Source of the DNA: Promethearchaeota archaeon
GTDB lineage: Archaea; Asgardarchaeota; Heimdallarchaeia; Hodarchaeales; Hodarchaeaceae
Length of the DNA stretch: 64,000 nucleotides
NCBI GenBank assembly: GCA_048938105.1
Contig: JBHLMN010000003.1
Location: forward strand, 64,001 to 128,000
Direction of reading: 5' to 3'
Positions 20,501 to 29,175 of the stretch are shown here, piece after piece. How positions within the stretch are numbered: the first letter of the stretch is position 1; each line of letters starts with the position of its first letter. The position numbers and the translations under genes are program-made. A model generated the notes under the pieces. That model had not been told where the DNA came from and did not search any database. It saw nothing but the letters and a program-made list of their open reading frames with translations.

Positions 20501-22078
20501 AAAATCATTCTCAGCTTGACTAGTGATCGTCACCAAGTGCCCTCCTAGAGCTTCGCAGTCTGTTTTTGCCTCCCTCCATGTTCTCGGAATAGTGATCATT
20601 TTGTATTCATGGCCATTATGTACTACCGGTTCAGGGATATTGGGATAAATCTCGAAAAGAAAAATACCTTCTTCTTGGTTATTCATAATCACATTATCTA
20701 GTATTTTCACTCCTACAGAGTATTTTATTTCTATTCCATAACCATTATTTGTGATATTATTAGAAGAGATAGTACAATTTCTTAAATCAGAAGAAGAGAT
20801 CCCAGAGTCAATATTGTTTGACAAGGAATTGTTTTGGACTGATACATTTGTGCAAGAGTACATTAATATGCCAACAGAGGCATAAGAAATATTCTGATTA
20901 GTTATTAACAAATCCTGACATCCTAAGAGGATTATCTCCCCTGCTTCAGGGACTATTTTTCCAGAAACATCTTCCCAAAAGATTAATGGTTTACCATTAA
21001 TGGAATTATTCGTCAAATCATGTTGCTTATAGGTATATGACTCCCCTTCGGTAATTACTAACCCATTGTTTGTAAGCATGTTATCCACAATTATATTGTT
21101 AAATGACCTATCAAGGTTTATTCCTCTCCGATTATTCTCAATCAGATTACCTTGAATAAAATTTTCAGGTGAATAGCTCAAGTCAATACCGTTCTCCATA
21201 TTTACTGAGACAGTATTATCCCTGATATAATTGTCATTGGAGTCTTGAAGCTGGATTGCATTGTTATTATTTTCTAATATTGAATTATTTTGAATTGTGT
21301 TGCTATAAGAAGAATAGAGGGTAATTCCATCCCCACCATACCACCACCAATAGAACTGTCTATGTCTAAGATTTTTAGTTATGTTGTTCTGGATAATATC
21401 ATTATTCCAAGAATCATCAATAAAAATCCCATATTTATTGTGAAAAATAGAATTTTGTTTGATTAAATTCCTATTTGAATTTCGGAATTGAATTCCGTAT
21501 GAATTATTAGAAAGAACATTATTCCTTAATTCGATCTTTGATGACCTAGCTAAATAAATCCCAGTTGAACAATTATAGATATTATTCTGTGTAATTCGAC
21601 TATCTTCTATAAATTCTAGCCTAATTCCCGAATCTGTTGAAAAAGAGATCGAGTTGTCTACAATTACTCCATTTGATAGACCCAACAGATGAATCCCGAT
21701 CTCTCCTCCTATAATCGTGCAATTTGAGATAATAAAATAAACAGACGTGCCTTGTATATCAATCACTCTTTGCCACTCAGTCCCATGGAGTGTTAAATTT
21801 TCAATTAGGAATGGATTAGTAGCAGTACCCTCACCATCCCAATTCATTTGAGAAGCCATTTGGAGAAAATCGTCATCGCTTCCAATATAAATGGAATTAG
21901 AGTCAACATTTACTTTATCAACAGTTCTTACAGGAGAGATTAATGTTGTATAGGGAAGAAATTTTCCAAGAGGAGAAAAATAATCGATATTTAAGGGAAC
22001 ATTGAAGGGAAAGATTATAGAAAGAGTAAAAAATGTACATATAGTGATTTTTAATATGATTTTGTTTTCTTTTTGCAT
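17561..22078 (-). CDS. NosD/CASH-type right-handed parallel beta-helix surface protein with an inserted C-type lectin domain, Ig/FN3-like domain, polyproline linker and C-terminal TM
   Basis: Dozens of N-x-I-x-x-N...GIxL rungs in blocks separated by NxV/INGKPL/FxY/FW linkers. CTLD with WIGL, EPN and WND motifs at ~20273-20620. VLYPNGGE Ig-like domain, PPPPPP linker, TM and basic tail. Confidence 0.88.
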   Translation of the reverse strand: MQKENKIILKITICTFFTLSIIFPFNVPLNIDYFSPLGKFLPYTTLISPVRTVDKVNVDSNSIYIGSDDDFLQMASQMNWDGEGTATNPFLIENLTLHGTEWQRVIDIQGTSVYFIISNCTIIGGEIGIHLLGLSNGVIVDNSISFSTDSGIRLEFIEDSRITQNNIYNCSTGIYLARSSKIELRNNVLSNNSYGIQFRNSNRNLIKQNSIFHNKYGIFIDDSWNNDIIQNNITKNLRHRQFYWWWYGGDGITLYSSYSNTIQNNSILENNNNAIQLQDSNDNYIRDNTVSVNMENGIDLSYSPENFIQGNLIENNRRGINLDRSFNNIIVDNMLTNNGLVITEGESYTYKQHDLTNNSINGKPLIFWEDVSGKIVPEAGEIILLGCQDLLITNQNISYASVGILMYSCTNVSVQNNSLSNNIDSGISSSDLRNCTISSNNITNNGYGIEIKYSVGVKILDNVIMNNQEEGIFLFEIYPNIPEPVVHNGHEYKMITIPRTWREAKTDCEALGGHLVTITSQAENDFVRSLTSWGEPTFWIGLTDEITEGEWQWVTDEVVNYTNWGSGEPNDSGGEDYVETDDSGEWNDAPSEQTRGYVCEWDEIITPKEYTTISRNIVINNSNGINLGNVQDIQISNNIINDNSLNGIEIADSSVCNIINNKVSNNEGGIKLWASKYNRIVNNTLFGHGLYIDGWESAHFSQEVVNNSVNGKPLIYWLNVSDKVISEAGQIILKFSSYISILNQNLSFASGGIDMYSCSDVTITNCTLNNNNELAIFLGNCIDCLIINNSINFNHQAIRIVNTENITITNNTIMMNQEGGVVIEEDELTIGSTIKDNIVINSSRGIDLCRLSNSSIINNRIINNSECGIRISDGDEYSITDNFVAYNGGGIELENSGYNILANNTIIGHGFSIHGWSKYDFEQRIVRNNTVNGKPFVYWNDVTDSVVSKNAGQIFLIDVQRINVTNVNIDSVASSLIVAWSNEVRIRDNCFSNNSNIAITLQNSINCDISGNYIAQNSQGIHLSESKYNNISNNLVTSNSQIGIKLQDSIFNTISKNNIFLNQEGIRLYWNSPGTWITENMIHNNSWEGIFVQGSSNTMIINNSIMNHLFSGVRIEDTESCNLSDNLIANNLGSGIRLNWGTEICIENNLIQNNSLGIEIYESSSSIISNNVIIRNKGAGILLREDGENIEISNNDICINYHTGIMIDSVRNIRIDDNSITDNCLSNLFIGGIQLQRSEFITVERNELSRNMIGISVNSSIGTIISHNSISHNSYGCYLDPESSYNSIKYNDFIENSLFLLQYNNITTSQVFDDGTENNIIFNYYTDWVIPDKENDGFVDLPYLINGSALNYDPYPITHPNPPPHCVLGNQVLYPNGGERVSGNVRIEWMEAVDSHDYPIHYIVLFSENNGAEWNSIISSTQYYSRAYYNWNTLDCYDGSLYKIKVIAFGSDNVFQEDVSDRAFSVSNGIKRPPPPPPLEIRILLLIFISSFLVILVKRGRKNSN

Positions 22079-22493
22079 TGAAATTTCATCTAAATCGATT
22101 TTCTCTAAAAGAGCAATTGACTATATAATAGGCAGCTCCATGGGTTAAAAAAATATCACCTTGTCTCTGCAATCACTTCCTTATGATTAACTTAGATAAG
22201 CTAAAAAATCTATTGGATCACTCTAGATAGCCGTTTTTTTCAGATTGGATAATAATATTTTGTTTAATTCCTTTTTGTAAGAGTATCCCCTGAATAGATC
22301 ACAAAACAATAAAGATAATGACATCTTAAGGGAGTTTTTTTTCAGGTTTTGAAACTCCTTTTATGATAATTTGTCGTAAAATAGGGATTTTGCGACATTA
22401 AATATTCCCAAAAAAACAAAATAATAAACTCAACATTTTGCGCTTTACGAAGGCAATGGACTGCATCTGCATACTCCCACCCAAATGGAACGG

Positions 22494-22690
22494 GGGCTGG
22501 TGAAAACCGACACCAGTGGCAATGTGACATGGCATCAAACCTAGGGGGCACTGAAGATGATTAGGGGGCTTGCTGTCATCCAAACCGTCGATGGGGGATT
22601 TACCGTGGCAGGATGTTTTGATTTGAACATAGAGTATGATATAGGTAGTGCATTTGCCGAGTACAGTGATGTAGATATGTGGTTGGTGAT
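22494..22690 (+). pseudogene. Decayed fragment of a beta-propeller repeat surface protein (WLVKTDxxGNxxWxxTYGG...VIQTxDGGFxxAG repeat)
   Basis: Reads GLVKTDTSGNVTWHQT*, with GGTEDD in a shifted frame, then AVIQTVDGGFTVAG...DMWLV. Contains an in-frame stop and compensating frameshifts. Confidence 0.7.
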
Positions 22691-22720
22691 GAGCTTACAC
22701 AGGATTCTCGGATATGTAAA

Positions 22721-22860
22721 CCGTTCCTTGATACCTATGCTTTTATTGCTTACAATAAAAGCAGATCATTCCTGATTCATAAAGTTGGGCCCAGAAGTAC
22801 TAGGTCTTACCGATTCTCCGCAAGCGTTTAAAGTATCCGAGGAACTCACGGTGACTAAAT
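22721..22860 (-). ncRNA. Putative TnpB omegaRNA (reRNA) scaffold overlapping the tnpB 3' end
   Basis: accgtgagttcctcgg...gcttgcggaga...aatcaggaa pattern typical of IS607-type tnpB 3' ends. Perfect 11-bp stem at 22738-22763. Expression is unverified. Confidence 0.55.
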
Positions 22861-23056
22861 TATCAAATGGATTGAATAACGTCTGAATAAGTGGACCATA
22901 AAAATGATAATAATTGACCAAATTACGAGCAGCATTCAAATCACGATCAATTCTAAGGCCACATAATGGACACACGTATATTCTATCTTGAAGCTTCAAA
23001 CCAGTGTGATAGTACAAACAATTGGCACGAAGCTTAGACGAGGGAAAGAAACGAAT
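22721..23056 (-). mobile_element. tnpB: IS607-like (IS200/IS605-related TnpB) element remnant: tnpB 3' fragment plus right end
   Basis: IRFFPSSKLRANC...YVCPLCGLRIDRDLNAARNL...VSSSDTLNACGESVRP...NQE* (Zn ribbon plus RuvC-III). The first Zn-Cys reads Arg (cgt), and there is an in-frame TAG just upstream. A terminal hairpin is followed by ...ggaacGG. Confidence 0.85.
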
Positions 23057-23074
23057 ATTTTTCTATATATCAGG

Positions 23075-23281
23075 TCAGAAAGTGGTACAAAGACTAAATC
23101 CTGACCAAATCTCGCGAATGAATGAGAAACTACATGTACTTTGCATTGCTGAAAATTGGTGCAAATGGAATACCTCATTGTGTGGATCTGAATATTCATG
23201 AAGGGATTTTTCAAGTGGAAATGGATCGATATCGCTTTTATCCCACTTGTCAATTGTATAACTTCCATTATAATTGGACAT
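23075..23281 (-). CDS. Small hypothetical ORF, probably a gene fragment
   Basis: 68-aa ATG ORF with no recognisable motif, lying between the IS remnant and the TA promoter. Confidence 0.25.
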   Translation of the reverse strand: MSNYNGSYTIDKWDKSDIDPFPLEKSLHEYSDPHNEVFHLHQFSAMQSTCSFSFIREIWSGFSLCTTF

Positions 23282-23316
23282 TATCTGATTATAAATAAGA
23301 CTGAGAATCTCTAAGC

Positions 23317-23356
23317 ATAAACCTTAAATACTTAGTAATATTACAAAAAACTAAGT
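23317..23356 (+). promoter_or_regulatory. TATA-box promoter with palindromic operator upstream of the vapBC pair
   Basis: ttaaata at 23324-23330. Perfect palindrome gtaatattac at 23335-23344. Inverted repeat acttagt (23330-23336) / actaagt (23350-23356). Confidence 0.6.
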
Positions 23357-23364
23357 GATTTGAA

Positions 23365-23604
23365 TTGACACTTGATAGGATTGTGAAAATAACAAATCGT
23401 GGTATGGTAACAATCCCCGCCAGTTTGAGAAAAAAATATGGCCTTCAAGATGGAGATCAAGTTATAGTGGTAGAGGATGAAGGAATGTTGAAAATCATTC
23501 CAATTAAGAGCATTAAAAGTCTCCAAAAACGATCTGTTACAACAAAAGAAATGCTTGAAATTCTGAAGAGATCTAGAGAAGAAGAACTGGAGTTAGAAGG
23601 ATAA
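23365..23604 (+). CDS. vapB: AbrB/MazE/SpoVT-family antitoxin
   Basis: KITNRGMVTIPASLRKKYGLQDGDQV swapped-hairpin signature. Its stop overlaps the downstream ATG (TAATG). Confidence 0.9.
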   Translation: MTLDRIVKITNRGMVTIPASLRKKYGLQDGDQVIVVEDEGMLKIIPIKSIKSLQKRSVTTKEMLEILKRSREEELELEG

Positions 23605-24014
23605 TGACTTCAAGAATCTGTTTAGATACAGGGCCTATCACACTTCACTTTACTAAGGATGAACCTAAAGAAATAACAACACTAATGAATGACATTAAAC
23701 AACAAAAGACTGAAGCTCATGTCATTTCGCCGATTTTAGTTGAAGTATTCAAGCACTTATGTATAGCAAAAGGTAAACAGTTTGCTGAATTAAGTATAAG
23801 TTCCTTACAGAAAATTTACCCATTAATATTTGTGTCATTATCAAATGACATAATCTTAAAAGCAGGAGGATTAAAATGTCAATATAGAAGGATACTTTCG
23901 TACTTCGATTGTTTAGTAATTGCCTATGCATTAAATGAAAAACTAGTTCTTCATACAACAGAAAAGGATTTTCCATCTATTCAGAATCTAAGGGTGAAAA
24001 AGTATCAATTCTGA
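23604..24014 (+). CDS. vapC: PIN-domain VapC-family toxin
   Basis: ICLDT...ILVEV...LSYFDCLVIAYA...LHTTEKDF PIN acidic residues. Translationally coupled to the antitoxin. Confidence 0.88.
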   Translation: MTSRICLDTGPITLHFTKDEPKEITTLMNDIKQQKTEAHVISPILVEVFKHLCIAKGKQFAELSISSLQKIYPLIFVSLSNDIILKAGGLKCQYRRILSYFDCLVIAYALNEKLVLHTTEKDFPSIQNLRVKKYQF

Positions 24015-24201
24015 TTATTTTTTATTCTCTTTCATGTAATATACAGAGGTTCGTGTGTACTACCAACGTATCTTCAGACCTGTTCTTTAACTTTAATTTA
24101 ACGACAACAAGTGTGGTAACATATATAGCTTCATTCACATATTCAACGATATTGAAAGCGTTTTATGAATAAATTTCCTTGATATTACATAGGGATTTCA
24201 A

Positions 24202-24402
24202 TTAAACCGTATCTTTCCAAAATTTGAGATAACCAACGTTAAACAACAGAGGAAGGGAAGCTATAACCTGAAAATCTGAAAATGGGAATAATTCCCACCA
24301 CAAACGAGACAAGACATACAGGGCGGCAACGGCAAAAATAGACACTGATTCATAAAGCTCTATACTGAAATAAGTATGGAATTCATTAACGAAGAACAAC
24401 AT
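24202..24402 (-). CDS. Small hydrophobic hypothetical protein or membrane-protein fragment
   Basis: 66-aa ORF with hydrophobic stretches and no family motif. Confidence 0.25.
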   Translation of the reverse strand: MLFFVNEFHTYFSIELYESVSIFAVAALYVLSRLWWELFPFSDFQVIASLPLLFNVGYLKFWKDTV

Positions 24403-24577
24403 GAGGCTACAAGTAAGTAATAAGCTTTTTATTTCTTGAAGACTTTACATCACATCAAATTTTAAGTAAATAATATTTCATTTTCCTTTTTTTTTTGATG
24501 AAATTCTCGAAAGCTAGCTCTAACAATTATAAGGTAGATTTTACGACTAATATAGACTAAGGGAGGATTGTTATCCT

Positions 24578-25357
24578 TCATCCTAATACATATCTAGGAT
24601 AAGTAGATTTTGCTCTTTCTGCGATGTCTATGTCTATTTCTAAAGTTTTGAAAGGATTTGACTCATCTGTCCTTTCCAAGATATTTCCCTCAGGATCAAT
24701 TATCCATCCAACACCACCAAGGATTGTTTCATTATCTAAGGCCATTCCTTGGTGATTCGAGGAAATACAAAAAGCGCCTGAAATTACTGCAGCAGCTCTT
24801 CCCCCAGCAATCCATTTATCTACTGTTTCGAAAGGTGTAGCTCTTGGAACCGCAAGAATATGAATTCCCTGTTTTGCATATTCCCTAGCATGTTCCATGA
24901 ACCAGAGCTCGGTACAGATTGAAAATCCAATAGTTACCCCCCCTAAGGAAAAAACTGGGAATGATTTTTCCCCACGATCATACCATGTAGCCTCCCAGAA
25001 TCCTTCTTCATCAGGTAAATAGACCTTTTCATGGAGATCTTTAATTCCTAAATTTGCAGACCAAACATACCCTGAATTATACCGTTTGTTAGTTTCTGGA
25101 TGAATTACAGGTCTTGTTCCGATCACAAAATCCACCCCTAATTCGAGTAATCTTTGAATCCATAGATTATGCGATTCTATGGCTTTTTTCCATAACTCGA
25201 CATCAACTGCTTCTAAGGAACAAATCCAAGTATGAAAAGACATTTCAGGAAGTAATACTAAATCGCTTCTATGATGTTTAGTATGTCTTACTAATTGCTG
25301 CCAATGATTATCTAACGTATCCAATTCGGTAGATAATTGACAAACAGTGACTTTCAT
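24578..25357 (-). CDS. Carbon-nitrogen hydrolase (nitrilase superfamily)
   Basis: Glu-Lys-Cys triad motifs: DLVLLPEM, HEKVYLPDEEGFWE, SICTELWF. Confidence 0.92.
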   Translation of the reverse strand: MKVTVCQLSTELDTLDNHWQQLVRHTKHHRSDLVLLPEMSFHTWICSLEAVDVELWKKAIESHNLWIQRLLELGVDFVIGTRPVIHPETNKRYNSGYVWSANLGIKDLHEKVYLPDEEGFWEATWYDRGEKSFPVFSLGGVTIGFSICTELWFMEHAREYAKQGIHILAVPRATPFETVDKWIAGGRAAAVISGAFCISSNHQGMALDNETILGGVGWIIDPEGNILERTDESNPFKTLEIDIDIAERAKSTYPRYVLG

Positions 25358-25421
25358 GCTAAGTCTCTCATCTCTAATAATTTATGGAGTTCTTTTGAAA
25401 ATTTCTTAATAAATTCAAAAC

Positions 25422-26897
25422 TCACAAAATTCCGACTCTCTCATTAAATTCTGTAATTAAACTATCAATTTTAGGTGTTAGCAGCTTTATAGAACCCCAG
25501 TAGTTATCGTAATCATACCACTGTCTATTTAATTCGTCAATAGACTTTCCTTGTTGTTCAATCCATGTGAAATATTTGAGATGATGGATCCTTTTTCGTT
25601 CAATGTAACGGAGTTCAGCCATACTATCAGTTCTTATTCCATGTATTGATTGATGAAAATCCGCTGATGCTTTAAGTTCGTTGTATTCACCGTATTCTCC
25701 TCGCAATTCTCTGACCCTAGAGCCATATAATTCCATAGAATCCGTGAAAACAGTTAAAATCAGATCTTTTCGAGCTAATTCATAATATTTGGCAAATTTA
25801 ATTGCCATAAGGACATTTGCTATGCTAGAAATACCTAAAAGATGAAGTTGATCCACTAAACTTTCAGGTACCCCTTGTTTCAGAAGATATTTATGTCCTA
25901 CTGGTTCATTAAAGAGGCGAACCAAATTCATGCAATCACGATCATCTATGGCTATAACCATATCAGTATTTCTAATATTATGAATCCATGGAACATGCTT
26001 ATCGCCGATTCCTTCAATTCTATGATATCCATATCCATTTAGTAACAAGGTTGGACATTGTACTGACTCCCCAGCAACAATCTTACTAGTTGGATATCGT
26101 TCTTTCAGAAAATCACCACACCCAATGGTTCCTGCAGACCCAGTTGTCAAACAAACTCCTCTATAATTATCACCTTTGAGTTCTTTGTCAAGAACTTCCT
26201 TCATTGCATTACCAGTTACTTCATAGTGCCACAGATGATTACCAAATTCATCAAACTGATTGAATAGAACTATTGCATCATCTCCTCGTTCCCTTCTTAG
26301 CTCCCAGCATTTATCAAAGATTTCCTTGACATTTGATTCTCCTCCAAGTGTCGCTATAATTTCTCCACTTACTGTTTTCAACCAATCGAATCGTTCACGA
26401 CTCATTTCTTCTGGGAGAATTGCTATCGAATCACATGCTAAAAGTGTTGAATCGAATGCCCCCCCTCTACAGTAATTTCCTGTGCTTGGCCAGACTGCTT
26501 TTTGGGTTGTAGGGTCAAATTGTCCCGTTACAAGACGTGGAACCAAACAAGCATAAGTTGCACCTACTTTATGAGCACCTGTTGGAAACCATTTTCCCAC
26601 GAGTGCGATAATCCGTGCTTCGACTCCTGTTAATTCAGGAGGTAGTTCAACATAATTAGCAATATCAGTGAACCCTCCACCAAATTCCTTGGGCTCGTTT
26701 TTCCAAGTAATTCGGAAAAGATTACGAGGATGAACTTCCCATAAGCTTAGGTTACTCAATTCATCTTTAACGGATGATGAAACCAATTTTTTAGGATCCT
26801 TTTCTTCTTCAAATGTTGGAATGATTATATTCCTTTCTCGTGCTCGTTGAACAGCTCGGTCTAGTATTTCTTCATTTTTAGTTAAATTAATCATCAA
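25422..26897 (-). CDS. Fold-type II PLP-dependent enzyme (cysteine synthase/threonine synthase-like beta family)
   Basis: FPTGAHKVG (PLP Lys), WPSTGNYCRGG, TTGSAGTIG, IEGIGDKHVPW. Confidence 0.88.
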   Translation of the reverse strand: MMINLTKNEEILDRAVQRARERNIIIPTFEEEKDPKKLVSSSVKDELSNLSLWEVHPRNLFRITWKNEPKEFGGGFTDIANYVELPPELTGVEARIIALVGKWFPTGAHKVGATYACLVPRLVTGQFDPTTQKAVWPSTGNYCRGGAFDSTLLACDSIAILPEEMSRERFDWLKTVSGEIIATLGGESNVKEIFDKCWELRRERGDDAIVLFNQFDEFGNHLWHYEVTGNAMKEVLDKELKGDNYRGVCLTTGSAGTIGCGDFLKERYPTSKIVAGESVQCPTLLLNGYGYHRIEGIGDKHVPWIHNIRNTDMVIAIDDRDCMNLVRLFNEPVGHKYLLKQGVPESLVDQLHLLGISSIANVLMAIKFAKYYELARKDLILTVFTDSMELYGSRVRELRGEYGEYNELKASADFHQSIHGIRTDSMAELRYIERKRIHHLKYFTWIEQQGKSIDELNRQWYDYDNYWGSIKLLTPKIDSLITEFNERVGIL

Positions 26898-26995
26898 GTC
26901 TACTCCTTTATCACAGGATTGTTAGTTTAAGGAGAAATAATAGATTCTTTTTCTATTATTTCTAATTGTATTATAGTAAATACTTTGGTAGCTTT

Positions 26996-27793
26996 TCATG
27001 CTCTTTTTAATGGAGTCTTACAGGAATAACAAGTCTTTGCAAAGATATTTGCCTTATATGTTGTTTTACATTTTGGGCAATATAATCCCCAAGGTTGTTC
27101 TAGAGAAGCTTCTCGATAGTCAGTCAAACCTTTCTTCATAATTTCTTCAGTACTTAAGAATATGGGGAGTTCTGATACATTTTCAACATAACTAAATTCT
27201 TTGACTATTTGATTGAATTCAGCATCAGTTAAGGGATTCCAAGTCATAATCCAAGTTTGAACTTGTTTGAGCGTTGGAGTTACTAGAATTGATCTCTTCA
27301 TTATCAGGTTTAAATCTAGAGTACGTATCTTATCTTTATGATAGTCTTCTTTCAATGGGAGAGAGTAGTCAGTAATACCTTTATTTAAGATCTTTGAATT
27401 GTGATTTTTGATAAGTTTAAAGAAATTATTCTTAACTAATGGATCTATTCTAAGAGAACAATCTCGATTCGTGATATTAACAGTTAAATCATATTCATTA
27501 ACTAAAAATTCTCCAATATTCACTCCTGTATACTTCTTGTTTGGATAATCGCGACAACTGTCAATTCGGAATCCCTCCCCTACAGCAGAGATTAATACAA
27601 AGAATAGCCATTTTTTCCAATGTGTGTTTAATTGTGATATTTGCAGCAAGAACTGCGTGGCTAAAACTAATAGGAATTGTGATACGTCCATCGTTTCATC
27701 AGAATCTTTGGAATAATTACGAATATCACGTGAAAAGCATATCTCGATAATATTAGAAGAGAAAATTATAAAAATACTAAAATTATCACTCAT
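26996..27793 (-). CDS. Hypothetical protein with C-terminal Zn ribbon
   Basis: C-terminal YCPKC...CYSC. Start position uncertain. Confidence 0.55.
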   Translation of the reverse strand: MSDNFSIFIIFSSNIIEICFSRDIRNYSKDSDETMDVSQFLLVLATQFLLQISQLNTHWKKWLFFVLISAVGEGFRIDSCRDYPNKKYTGVNIGEFLVNEYDLTVNITNRDCSLRIDPLVKNNFFKLIKNHNSKILNKGITDYSLPLKEDYHKDKIRTLDLNLIMKRSILVTPTLKQVQTWIMTWNPLTDAEFNQIVKEFSYVENVSELPIFLSTEEIMKKGLTDYREASLEQPWGLYCPKCKTTYKANIFAKTCYSCKTPLKRA

Positions 27794-27828
27794 AACAACA
27801 TTCCAACAATAAAAATAAGCTTAGAACA

Positions 27829-29175
27829 TCAATCTTTTAGTTTCATACCTTCTTTATCATTATTAAGTAGTTGAGTTAATTTATTAACAACCTGCTTGAA
27901 GTTAATCTTTTGTTCTGAACCATCTCTCATTACTCTGAGAGTTACATTCTTGTTTGCCAGATCTCGTTCTCCCAAGATAATAACATAGGGAATCTTACTC
28001 CGGTTCGCGTAATCTAAATTTTTTGATAAACTGCGATTTAATAGATCAAACTCAGCACAAATATTATTCTGTCTCAATTCAATGGCTAATTTCATTATCG
28101 TATCAAGTGTATTAATTGATATAAGGAAAACATCTGTCACTGAAGGTTTACTTTCCCAACGAGTAACAAAAGCATCATAAATTGTGTCCAATCCAAAGGA
28201 AATGCCTGTAGCTGGATATTGTTCATCTTTTATTCCAATGAATTTCCCTATAATTTTGTCATATCTCCCACCACCACATAGAGAAGAATCTATGATCCCA
28301 GCTTCTTTTAAAAAAGCCTCAAAAACGGTTCCTGTATAAATTTCAAGTCCCCTTGCGAGACTGTACAATAACTTAACTTTATCTTCGATATTAAATAATT
28401 GTAAATAATGATGGAGTTCTCGTAATTCATTAATCCCTTCTTTTCCAATTTTGTTTCCTATCCGGGGTTCTAATTGGCTTAAAATTTCTAAGTATGATCC
28501 TTCATAGTTAAAGTAACTAAAAACCTCATCTATGATATTCGAAGGCACTCCTTTTACTTCTAATTCCTCTCGTACTCCATCCATGCCTATTTTTTTCAGT
28601 TTATCAATAGAAAGAATTGTAGTATCTAAGATGTGTTTAGGAACTCCTGCAGCGAGTAAAATTCCCGTTAATAGCTTCCGATTATTGACTTCTAGATATA
28701 CATCCAACCCCAATCTTGAAAAAAGGTGATGTGCCAATGCTAAACACTCTGCATCTGCTAATGTCGATGCTACTCCAATTATATCAGCGTCACATTGAAC
28801 GAATTCTCGGTAACGGCCTTTTTTGATGGGACCGTCACGGAAACATGTCCCAATTTCGTACCGTTTAAAGGGCCTTCCAATTTTTGGGTTCATCCCTATT
28901 AATCTCGCCAAAGGAACAGAAAGGTCATATCTCAATCCGAGTTCTCTATTTCCTTGATCAGTCAGACGATAAGTTTCTTTCAAAATTTCAGCTCCTCCTG
29001 CATATTTTGATGAAAGAATATCCCATTTCTCCAGAATTGGAGTAGTTAAAGGACGAAATCCATATAATTGGAAAACTTCCTTAATAATTTCCAATATTTT
29101 CTCACGTAGCAACTGTTCCTCAGGAAGGTGATCATTTGTTCCTTTTAGAAGAGAAAGTTCAACCATTTCAATCAC
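27829..29175 (-). CDS. hisS: Histidine--tRNA ligase
   Basis: LRYDLSVPLAR, GRYREFVQCDADIIG, LARGLEIYTG, GGGRYD, and a C-terminal anticodon-binding domain. Confidence 0.96.
   Translation of the reverse strand: MIEMVELSLLKGTNDHLPEEQLLREKILEIIKEVFQLYGFRPLTTPILEKWDILSSKYAGGAEILKETYRLTDQGNRELGLRYDLSVPLARLIGMNPKIGRPFKRYEIGTCFRDGPIKKGRYREFVQCDADIIGVASTLADAECLALAHHLFSRLGLDVYLEVNNRKLLTGILLAAGVPKHILDTTILSIDKLKKIGMDGVREELEVKGVPSNIIDEVFSYFNYEGSYLEILSQLEPRIGNKIGKEGINELRELHHYLQLFNIEDKVKLLYSLARGLEIYTGTVFEAFLKEAGIIDSSLCGGGRYDKIIGKFIGIKDEQYPATGISFGLDTIYDAFVTRWESKPSVTDVFLISINTLDTIMKLAIELRQNNICAEFDLLNRSLSKNLDYANRSKIPYVIILGERDLANKNVTLRVMRDGSEQKINFKQVVNKLTQLLNNDKEGMKLKD

Noticed and set aside
20273-20620. C-type lectin as a diversity-generating retroelement target
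   Set aside because: No reverse transcriptase or template repeat is seen, and the domain is internal and of the canonical EPN type rather than a terminal DGR-type CLec.
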